A stretch of DNA of 43,039 nucleotides, from the NCBI GenBank assembly GCA_045538365.1, contig JAZSRG010000105.1, forward strand, positions 1 through 43,039, given 5' to 3'. The notes under the pieces are model-generated. The model searched no databases, had not been told where the DNA came from, and saw only the letters and a list, made by a program, of their open reading frames with translations. This stretch comes from Clostridia bacterium. GTDB lineage: Bacteria > Bacillota > Clostridia > Christensenellales > RUG350. Shown here piece after piece: positions 17,208-25,600 of this stretch (position 1 is the stretch's first letter; every line of letters begins with the position of its first letter). The translations under genes were made by a program, and so were the position numbers.

Positions 17208-18455
17208 ATGAGCGAACGTTATGAATTAGCAAAAAAACTTTATGCTGAATACGGTGTTGATACCGACGCGGCTATAGACAAACTTAAAAATATTCCTATT
17301 TCCTTGCATTGTTGGCAAGGCGACGACGTATTGGGCTTTGAAGGAGCAGAGTCCCTTAGCGGTGGTATCCAAACCACGGGTAATTATCCCGGTCGCGCAA
17401 CCAACCCCGAAGAACTTATGGCTGATATGGAAAAAGTTATGTCGCTTTGCCCCGGCGCAAAGAAACTTAACGTTCACGCATGTTACGCTATATTTGACGG
17501 CGAATTCGTTGACCGTGATAAGTTAGAACCCAAACACTTCCAAAAATGGATTGATTTTGCAAAGGAAAGAGGTATGGGTATTGATTTTAACCCCACTTTC
17601 TTTGCTCACCCCAAGGCTAACGGCTTGACTTTGTCCAGCCCCGACGAAGATATTCGTAAATTCTGGATAGAACACGGTAAGGCTTGTGTTAGAATTTCTC
17701 AATACATGGCTGAACAAACGGGTATTCCTTGCGTTATGAATATTTGGACGGGTGACGGATTTAAGGATATCCCTGCCGACAGAATGGGACCGAGAATGAG
17801 ATACAAAGAGGCGATTGAGGAGATTTTATCCGAACCTTTTGACAAAAATCTCGTTAAACCTTGCGTTGAGTCCAAAGTTTTCGGTATCGGCGTTGAGTCT
17901 TTCACCACGGGTTCTGCGGAATTTACCTTGTCGTTTGCTGCAACTCACGACGGTTGCTTGCCTTTGATGGATAACGGACACTATCATCCGATGGAATACG
18001 TTTCAGATAAAATTCCCGCTTTGCTTTGTTTCTTCCCCGAAATCGCTCTTCACATCACGAGAGGTGTTAGATGGGACTCCGACCACGTTTTAATCTTTGA
18101 CGACGAAACCAAAGAAATGGCTAAAGAAATCGTTCGTTGCAACGCGCTTGACAGAGTTTATATGGCTCTCGACTATTTTGATGCAAGCATTAACCGTATC
18201 GCTGCTTGGGCAGTTGGCTTCCGTTCTTGGCAAAAAGCGTTGCTTTCCGCGCTTTGCACGCCTAACGCTATGCTTAAAGGTTTACAAGACGACGGAAAAC
18301 TTACCAAACTCTTGGTAGCGCAAGAAGAAATGAAGACCTTGCCTTTTGGCGCGGTTTGGGAAGAGTACTGCGCTCGTTGCGGAGTAGCAGGGGATATGAG
18401 TTGGTTTGACGAGATTGAAAAGTACGAAAAAGAAGTGCTTTCCAAGAGAGCGTAA
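17208..18455 (+). CDS. rhaA: L-rhamnose isomerase
   Basis: 415 aa. 'IPISLHCWQGDDV.GFE', 'NPTFFAHP' and 'DNGHYHP' are characteristic RhaA motifs. AAGGAG RBS. Confidence 0.9.
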   Translation: MSERYELAKKLYAEYGVDTDAAIDKLKNIPISLHCWQGDDVLGFEGAESLSGGIQTTGNYPGRATNPEELMADMEKVMSLCPGAKKLNVHACYAIFDGEFVDRDKLEPKHFQKWIDFAKERGMGIDFNPTFFAHPKANGLTLSSPDEDIRKFWIEHGKACVRISQYMAEQTGIPCVMNIWTGDGFKDIPADRMGPRMRYKEAIEEILSEPFDKNLVKPCVESKVFGIGVESFTTGSAEFTLSFAATHDGCLPLMDNGHYHPMEYVSDKIPALLCFFPEIALHITRGVRWDSDHVLIFDDETKEMAKEIVRCNALDRVYMALDYFDASINRIAAWAVGFRSWQKALLSALCTPNAMLKGLQDDGKLTKLLVAQEEMKTLPFGAVWEEYCARCGVAGDMSWFDEIEKYEKEVLSKRA

Positions 18456-18477
18456 CCAAAATTTTGCAAATGAAATT

Positions 18478-18512
18478 ATTGCACGGCTGTCCGCCGTGCA
18501 ATTTTTATTTTT
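18478..18512 (+). terminator. Rho-independent terminator after rhaA
   Basis: 10-bp stem ATTGCACGGC-tgtcc-GCCGTGCAAT followed by TTTTTATTTTTT. Confidence 0.85.
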
Positions 18513-18559
18513 TACCAAAAAAATTTTTTAAAAAACTTAAAAAAATTTTTAAAAAATTA

Positions 18560-18588
18560 TTGAATTTTACGCGTGCGCGTGTTATTAT
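18560..18588 (+). promoter_or_regulatory. promoter-like element P1 with GC-rich palindromic spacer (no adjacent ORF)
   Basis: TTGAAT, then the 17-nt spacer TTTACGCGTGCGCGTGT, then TATTAT, preceded by phased A/T tracts. The spacer core CGCGTGCGCGT is identical to, and in register with, the promoter at 40876-40904. Confidence 0.5.
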
Positions 18589-18845
18589 ATATAATATAAT
18601 AAATATATAAGAAAATATACTATTATAAAACGTGTTTTTCGGGCGTTGAATTTTGGTTTTTTAAAAAAGTTCGTAAGTTCTTTTTCCCAAAACCTTGTCA
18701 AGACGTATAAACGTCGGCATAAAATGATTTGGGGATTAAAACTTGAAACTGAAAAAACCAAACGCTAAACTTTGAAACGTGCGGAGTATGCACGGTTTTT
18801 TGGAAACCGCTCGTAAAAATTTTTAAAATATATATTGTTTGGTAG

Positions 18846-18874
18846 TTGACAAGCCGAATTATATATGTTAAAAT
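18846..18874 (+). promoter_or_regulatory. sigma-A type promoter for the 1051-aa surface protein gene
   Basis: TTGACA, 17-nt spacer, TAAAAT. This implies a 5' UTR of about 190 nt. Confidence 0.6.
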
Positions 18875-19068
18875 AAACCAGTGTAATAGGCAATTTATGC
18901 CCTGACAGGGATTTTTCCCGAAAAAAAGTACCAAAAAAGGAGAAGATTTGTGTATGGTTAGAGGAAAGAGAATATTGAAAGAGTGAAAATTGTCTACAAA
19001 AGACTTGTGTAGTAAAACAAAAGAAAAACAAAAAACAAAAACTTAGATTTTATTAAAGGAGAAATAAA

Positions 19069-22000
19069 ATGACAACGACAAAGAAAAGTTTACTTGCTAT
19101 CTTAATGTTAGTTCTCGTAAGCGTATTCTGCTTCTCTGCAGTTGCAGGCGCTGAAATCGCTACCGTTGCTGATTTCGAAGAGAAAATGAACATCTTGATA
19201 GATAAGAATGTACAACCTGGAGAATTGTTCGACGACTATAAAGACGTTCAAGTTCTTCGTGAAGCAACCAACATTTATACGGATTTGACTCTTAGCGAGA
19301 AAAATTCTATCAATGCTACTATTGCTGCTAAATACGAGTCATATCGTCAAGTATCAAGCGAAGCATTCAAAGTAGATGCTTACATAACCAGTACTTTGTA
19401 CGATAAACTCAACAACATCAAAGGCAGAACCGTTTTGCTTTCTGATGAAGATGATATCGCTGCTATCAAAACGACTATCCTCGGATTAGACGCTAAAGCA
19501 AAAGCATGGGTAGAACAACTCCCTGGTTATGCTAATATCGCACTTGCTGAAGCAAGAATTGCTGAACTCAAAATCGCACTTGCTAACGCAATCGCTAAAA
19601 TTAACGATATCGATTACTTCACCATCGGCGGAAGAGACATTATCGCTCTTGCAAGTGAAGACAGCATCGACGAAGCAACTGATGCACTCGATGCTATCTT
19701 TGGCGCTGATTTCGATGAATTCAGAGCAACCGAAGGCGTATTCGTAACCAACCTTGCTAAATACGACGCTGCTGTAGAAGCACTCGCTGCTCAATACGCT
19801 AAAGCACAAGCAGTTATCGACGCTGCTGAAGCAGTAGAAGCAGAAATCGTTATCGAAAACGGTGAAAGAATCGTTTACTGGACTCTCAGAGACAAAATCG
19901 CTGACGTTGTATCTATGTACGACGATTTGGCAGACGACGCTGATTTCGTAGTTCCTTACAACGATTTGCAAGCAGTTGTTGACGCTGACGGCACTCTCGA
20001 CGAAATGCTCGCAGAACTCGCTGTTATCCAAGCAGAAATCGACGCAGTTGAAGTTCTTATCAACGCTATCGGTACTGTAGAATACACCACCGGTGACGAA
20101 GACGCTATCGCTGCTGCAAGAGAAGCATTCAACGCACTTGATGCTGACCTCGTTGCTGCTGATATCGCTGCTCAAGCGGCTAACGAAGCTACCAGCGTAG
20201 AAAACTACGACGCACTCGTTAAAGCAGAAGAAAAGATGGCTTTCCTCCAAGCAAGATATACCGACCTTATTGCTAAAATTGATGCAATGGCACTTGCTTT
20301 CCAAGAACACGGAGACATCTTTGATGCATATCCTGCACTTCAAGCACTTTACTTGATCGTTGACGACGAAAACCCTGAAATGATTACTAAGTTGGCTGGT
20401 GAAGTTTACGACGACGAATACGAAGTTGAACACTACAACAAAGCAATCAACAACTATAAAGAAGCATACGACTTCTATGCAGCACGTGCATTGGAAGTAT
20501 TGGCTAACGTAACTTCAGTTATTAAAGCAATCGACGAATTGCCTAACCCTGTATTACTTAACGTTGAACATCAACAAAAACTTGCTCTTGCTAACAGCCT
20601 TTACGACGCATTGAGCGAAGAAGACAAGAAATTCGTAGAAAACTACGAAAAATTAGTTCTCGCTAACGAACAATTCGATGCAGCAATGGCTATCGCTGAC
20701 AACTGGGTTGCTAAAGTAAATGCAATCGGTGTTGTTGAAGCAACCGACGATATTATTGCTAAAATTGAAGATGCTGTATCCGCTTGGGATAAACTTGATG
20801 CTGCTGCTCAAGCAGTTGTAGCAAGTCTTTCTAAGACCGACTCTATCTGGGGTGAATATGCAGTAGCATACGAAACCTACATCAACAAAACCACTCGTCT
20901 TGCTGCTCTCTTGAACGCAATCGAAGCAGTTGCTGCTGATATGGATACCATCGTAACCACTAACATTCCTGAAAGTGAAGTTGCTGCTTTCGTAGCAAAG
21001 ATCGCTGGTATCAAAGCAGATTACACTGCACTTCCTGCAACTAGCAAGACCTACTTGCAAGAAAACTACACCGCTGAATATCAAAAATACTTGGCTGGTG
21101 TACGTAACAGCGAAAAATACTTAGTAGAACAAGCAATCGCTGCAATTCCTGATGACGTTACTATCGCTGACAGATTCTTGGTTTACAACGCAGACGAACT
21201 TGCTGACGCTTATATCGTTTCATACGCTAACGCTACCAACCCTGCATACGAAGCAACCGAATATATCCGTAACTACGACAAACTCGTAGCAGCAAAAGCA
21301 GATTTGAAAGAACTTACTGATGCGCTCGACGTTTGGGCAAACGCAGTTAAAGCACTCGTTGGCGGAAACTACGACAATATCGATAAGATCGTTGCAGATA
21401 AAGATGCATATCCTATCGACCTTGACAAAGCAACTGAACTTTATCAAGATTATCTCAACTTTGATGCAGACGAACAAAGTTACTTTGTAGACGACGGTGT
21501 TGACGACTTCGCTAAACTTAACGAAATCGGAAACAACGCAGTAACGCAAGCATACAACGTAGAGGCTAATATGGCTGCATTGAACGCAATCGCACTTGAT
21601 GCATTGACCAGCGTAGATCTCGATGCTATCGAAGCAACCGAAGCAGCATACAACGATTTGCATGCAACTCAAAAAGAACTCGTAAGTGACGTAATCAAAG
21701 CAGAATTCGACGAAAGAGTTGAAAAACTTGCTATGATCAACGCAATCGAATCAGTTATCGATGGTCTTGCAAACTCCAAAGACATCACCTCTGATACTCC
21801 TATCTTGATTGAACTCTTGAAGGCTGTATACGGTGACTTGGACAGCAACGACAAGAAACTTATCGACAACTGGGGCAAAATTGCTGATATCGAAAAAGCA
21901 TACGAAGCAGCAAAAGCAAACGGAACTGTTGTAAGCGTAACTGGTCTTAAGGCTTCTGTAGACGCTCTCAAAGTTGCTCTTGATGCTAAAGATGCTGAAC

Positions 22001-22224
22001 TCGCAGCAGCAATCAAAGCAGCAGAAGACAAGATTGCTATTCTTGATGCACAACTCGGTCTTACCGAAGATGCACTCGAAGAAGTAGAAAAAGATCTTGC
22101 ATCTGCAACTGAAAAAGTAGAAACGTTGCAAGGCACCTTGACCGCTATCATCATTATCTTCTCCATCTTGATAGCAGCATGTGTAGTTGCAATTGTAATA
22201 CTTCTCCACAAAAAGAAGGCGTAA
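19069..22224 (+). CDS. secreted, C-terminally membrane-anchored, acidic Ala-rich helical-repeat surface protein
   Basis: Strong RBS (AAAGGAG). Signal peptide 'KKSLLAILMLVLVSVFCFSAVAGA/E'. About 950 aa rich in A/D/E/I/L/N/Y with recurring 'L(D/S)..(D/E).K..V.NY(D/E)(K/A)LV.A' modules. Terminal coiled-coil-like segment, then TM helix 'LTAIIIIFSILIAACVVAIVILL' plus 'HKKKA'. Markedly biased codon usage (GCT/GCA, GAA, GAC, GTT, ATC). Confidence 0.85.
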   Translation: MTTTKKSLLAILMLVLVSVFCFSAVAGAEIATVADFEEKMNILIDKNVQPGELFDDYKDVQVLREATNIYTDLTLSEKNSINATIAAKYESYRQVSSEAFKVDAYITSTLYDKLNNIKGRTVLLSDEDDIAAIKTTILGLDAKAKAWVEQLPGYANIALAEARIAELKIALANAIAKINDIDYFTIGGRDIIALASEDSIDEATDALDAIFGADFDEFRATEGVFVTNLAKYDAAVEALAAQYAKAQAVIDAAEAVEAEIVIENGERIVYWTLRDKIADVVSMYDDLADDADFVVPYNDLQAVVDADGTLDEMLAELAVIQAEIDAVEVLINAIGTVEYTTGDEDAIAAAREAFNALDADLVAADIAAQAANEATSVENYDALVKAEEKMAFLQARYTDLIAKIDAMALAFQEHGDIFDAYPALQALYLIVDDENPEMITKLAGEVYDDEYEVEHYNKAINNYKEAYDFYAARALEVLANVTSVIKAIDELPNPVLLNVEHQQKLALANSLYDALSEEDKKFVENYEKLVLANEQFDAAMAIADNWVAKVNAIGVVEATDDIIAKIEDAVSAWDKLDAAAQAVVASLSKTDSIWGEYAVAYETYINKTTRLAALLNAIEAVAADMDTIVTTNIPESEVAAFVAKIAGIKADYTALPATSKTYLQENYTAEYQKYLAGVRNSEKYLVEQAIAAIPDDVTIADRFLVYNADELADAYIVSYANATNPAYEATEYIRNYDKLVAAKADLKELTDALDVWANAVKALVGGNYDNIDKIVADKDAYPIDLDKATELYQDYLNFDADEQSYFVDDGVDDFAKLNEIGNNAVTQAYNVEANMAALNAIALDALTSVDLDAIEATEAAYNDLHATQKELVSDVIKAEFDERVEKLAMINAIESVIDGLANSKDITSDTPILIELLKAVYGDLDSNDKKLIDNWGKIADIEKAYEAAKANGTVVSVTGLKASVDALKVALDAKDAELAAAIKAAEDKIAILDAQLGLTEDALEEVEKDLASATEKVETLQGTLTAIIIIFSILIAACVVAIVILLHKKKA

Positions 22225-22237
22225 TCGTTGCGATTAG

Positions 22238-22271
22238 AAAAAAGAACTCACGAAAGTGAGTTCTTTTTTTT
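22238..22271 (+). terminator. Rho-independent terminator after the surface protein gene
   Basis: aaaaaaGAACTCACgaaaGTGAGTTCtttttttt (GAAA tetraloop, T-run). Confidence 0.85.
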
Positions 22272-22275
22272 AATT

Positions 22276-22460
22276 GACACGAATGAGCGAAGCGAATTTA
22301 GTCAAATTAAAAAAACGACCAAAGGGAGTTTTAACGAAAAGAATGAGTGAAACGAATTTTAAAATAAGATTAAAAGACCGAAAGGGCTTTAATCGACACG
22401 AATGAGCGAAGCGAATTTTAAAACAAGATTAGAAATAACTCACGAAAGTGAGTTATTTCT
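22276..22460. repeat. three tandem ~60-nt direct repeats, each ending in a progressively degraded GAAA-loop hairpin
   Basis: GAATGAGCGAAGCGAATTT at 22281 and 22400, GAATGAGTGAAACGAATTT at 22341 (periods 60 and 59). Unit 3 ends with AGAAATAACTCACgaaaGTGAGTTATTTCT, which shares its core with the terminator at 22238-22271. Confidence 0.8.
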
Positions 22461-22536
22461 AATTATATGGTGGGTGGGATAGGTAAATAAAAATTACAAA
22501 AATTCCCATAAATACTAATTATTTTTAAAACTATTA

Positions 22537-22565
22537 TTGACAAGATTGACGATTTATTGTATTAT
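22537..22565 (+). promoter_or_regulatory. sigma-A type promoter for lipoprotein gene 1
   Basis: TTGACA, 17-nt spacer, TATTAT. Confidence 0.6.
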
Positions 22566-22619
22566 ATTATTTGGTGATAGTCGCACCGTGATTATGATTA
22601 TTTTTTATAGGGGTAATAT

Positions 22620-25600
22620 ATGAGAAAGATAAGGAAAATTGCTTTACTTGCCGTGGCTTTTGTTATGGTTTTCTCTTGCGTGCTTTTGGGCGCGTGTGGG
22701 GAATCTTCTAACGTTGAGTTAAAGACGGTTGAAGTAAAAGTAGAAGAAGCAACCTTTAATGGTGAACGTGTATTAGTTAACGTTGCGTATGGTACTGCGC
22801 CTACTAATTCTGACAGTTACGGATTTAGAGTAGAAGGCAAGGACAACTTTAAAAAGGACTACGTTGCTACCAATATGGACAAAGACGGCAAGTTCTCCGC
22901 TCAACTTTTGGATTTGCCTAACGGCGAGTTTGAAGTTCGCGCTTTCGTGGGAACGACTACGCCTGATTATGGCAAAAAATTGGCGTTTACGGGAGTTGCA
23001 AACGACCTTGAAAAATTAAATGCGGGTATTGAGCAGATTGACGGCAGTTTCGTTAGCGCGCAAAAGTTGCCATTAGGCAAAACTTGCACGATTAAACCTA
23101 TGTTTGTACCTGAAAACTATAAATATAGAACTGTTTCATTTGAGTCTTCCGACACGAGTATTTTGACCGTTACGAAAGACGGCGTTGTTACCGCTGTTGG
23201 AAAGGGTAGCGCAACCGTAACCGTTAAATCAAAAGACGGAAAAACCGCAATATGTTCTTTCCAAGTAGAAGAAGAAGTTTTCGTAGCGCTTGACTACGCG
23301 AGCGTAATTCTCTTTAAGGGCGAACAAATGAAACTTACTGCAACCGTAACTCCCGATAGCGTTACGAATAAAGCCGTTATTTGGAAATCTCGTGACGAAG
23401 ATATCGCAATCGTTGACCAAAACGGTTACGTTACGGCTAAAAACGAAGGCGAAGTATTTATCGAAGCAAGATCGGTTGCAAACGAGAACGTTTTGAAAAC
23501 TTGTAAAGTAACCGTTGCTGGAGAATATAAGGTTATACTTAGTGAAACCTTACTTATCTTAGACCAAGGCGGAACTTATACTCTTACTGCAGAAATCGTA
23601 CCGAGCATTGAAGGGGAAACTATCGTTTGGGCTACTTCAAACCCGAGTGTAGTAACCGTTGATAACGGCGTAATCAAAGCCGTTGGAAAGGGTACGGCGA
23701 CAATAACCGCAAGTATGCGTGGCGTTTCGTCCACTTGTGAAGTTTCCGTAAAAGACGATATCGAAGTTAAGTTCATCTTAAACGGTGACGTTTACGCTAT
23801 TCGTTACACGGGCGCAAGCCAAGGCTATAAGATTAGTATGCCCAAAAGACCGCAAGACGCAAATAATTCTACTGCGCCGTATTACTTCAAAGGTTGGTAC
23901 TCTTCCAAGTCTTATACCACCGAAGTAACGGAAAATACTACTTTTAATAAAGCAACTACGGTTTACGCTAAACTTGAAAATATCTTTACTTACACTGTTA
24001 AGAGTGGAAAAGTAAGTATTACGGGCTTTGCTACAGGACACGAGATAGAAGATATCATTATTCCTTCAAAAATCGACGGATATCAAGTTTATGCAATTTC
24101 AAGCGGAGCATTTAAAGGCTCTAACGTAGAAACTTTAACTATCGAGCCGGGACTTGAGAAAATTTACGACGATGCGTTTAGAGATTGCGTGTCACTTGAC
24201 ACCGTAACCTTTAAATCAGGTAGCACGGTTTCCTACATTGGCGATTCCGTATTCCGTGACTGTGTGGCATTGACCTCAATTTCTTTGCCCACTTCCCTTA
24301 ACCAAACGGGTGAACTTATGTTCTACGGATGTAAGCAACTCCCTTCAAAATACAGCGAATTGTATCAACTTAACCTTGAGTCCAAAGAATATTTCGCGCC
24401 TAAATACACCTATGAATTCTTAGGTCAAGACGTTATGCCCATAGGTGGATACATTGAGCCTTCCGTTGGTTACTTTGCTTCAGGTGTAACCGTTGACAAG
24501 GTTATGAAAGACTACGTAGCGTCAGGCACAAATATAATGGTAGGTATTCAACAAGCGCGTTGGGGAACTACGGGCGAACACTACAAACAAATGTACGAGT
24601 CCCTTGAAAAATACGGCGGTATGATGATAGAGAGATATCAAGTACCAAACGCAGAATATCTCTATGCGTCTTACGCAGGAAACCACGCAGAAGACGAACC
24701 GGGTGTAGTTAAATGGCGTGATGATCTTTACTACAACAGTCCGTGGGGTGCTGCTATTCAAGTAGGAAATGAACACAAACAACACGAAAACTGGAAAGCA
24801 AATCATCCGAGAAAGCTTCGTTTCACTAATTTGTTGCCTGTAAACTCCCCTGTAAATGCGTTTGTATTTGGCGCAACTTATTATGGTTACAATAATGCTA
24901 CTAACCACGACAAATTTGCTGAATACACCGCAAAATACGCAAATTACGACGAGTATTATAAGACCTACATTGAAGAAATGAAGCCCGAAGTATTCTGCTA
25001 CGACTTCTATCCCTTGTGGGCAAACGGCGGAAAAGGATATCTCCCGTACCCCGAACTTAACGGACAACATTTCGAGCAACTTGCAGTAACCCGTTATTAC
25101 GCAGAAGACTATAACGACAAAGTAAACGGTGGATACGTGCCTTTCTGGAACTTTATCCAAATTGCTCAATGGGGCGCGCAAGGCGAAGGCAGGGGCGGAT
25201 CACGCGCTGCAACTTTACGCGAACTCAATTGGCAAACAAACACTGCCTTAGCATACGGCTCTAAAGGATATATTTACTTCGTATTTAACGATTACGGCGA
25301 TATAAGCGGTAACGGAAATCCGTCCGATTACGCAGGAACGACGCCTATCAATATAGACGGCACGAAGAATACCCCCGTATATAACAACGTTAAGAAATTA
25401 AATACTCAATCACAAGCCATGGCTAAATGGTTGCTTAACGCAAACGTTGACCATATCTATGTATATGGCGCTAACCCCAACGGGGAAGCAACTCCGACGT
25501 CAGTTCTTACCCCGCGTAATAATTCAATCAAGTGGGCGTTTAAAGATTCAGTTGGTGTAAACCATATCGTAAGCCACATGACGTATTACGCAAACAACAA

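Noticed and set aside
18682-18808. Possible invertible promoter switch: imperfect inverted repeat TTTTCCCAAAACC (about 18682) and GGTTTTTTGGAAACC (about 18794) upstream of the surface gene
   Set aside because: The arms are low-complexity A/T/G/C runs with mismatches. The enclosed segment has no convincing promoter. No site-specific recombinase gene is present in the window.
19486-20433. 315-aa antisense ORF inside the surface-protein gene, and further long antisense ORFs at 20653-21084, 21220-21672, 21669-22211 and 21751-22209
   Set aside because: They lie entirely within a sense gene that has a strong RBS, signal peptide, TM anchor and coherent repeat structure. Their products are Cys/Phe/Ser/Val-rich low-complexity strings with no RBS. 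The open antisense frames follow from the restricted GCN/GAN/AAN codon usage of the sense strand.
22276-22460. CRISPR-like or iteron-like reading of the 60-nt tandem units, and of the 64-nt units at 10487-10614
   Set aside because: There are only 2-3 contiguous units, with no unique spacers between conserved repeats. No cas genes or replication genes are nearby. This is not a CRISPR array. An iteron function remains untested and is listed only as a possibility in the findings.
22283-22482. Small ORFs in the tandem repeats (MSEANLVKLKKRPKGVLTKRMSETNFKIRLKDRKGFNRHE from 22283; MSEANFKTRLEITHESELFLIIWWVG from 22402)
   Set aside because: No Shine-Dalgarno sequence lies at a usable distance before any of the ATGs. 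The 59-nt third period breaks the frame. The third ORF runs through a 13-bp hairpin. The repeats are more simply explained as non-coding duplications.
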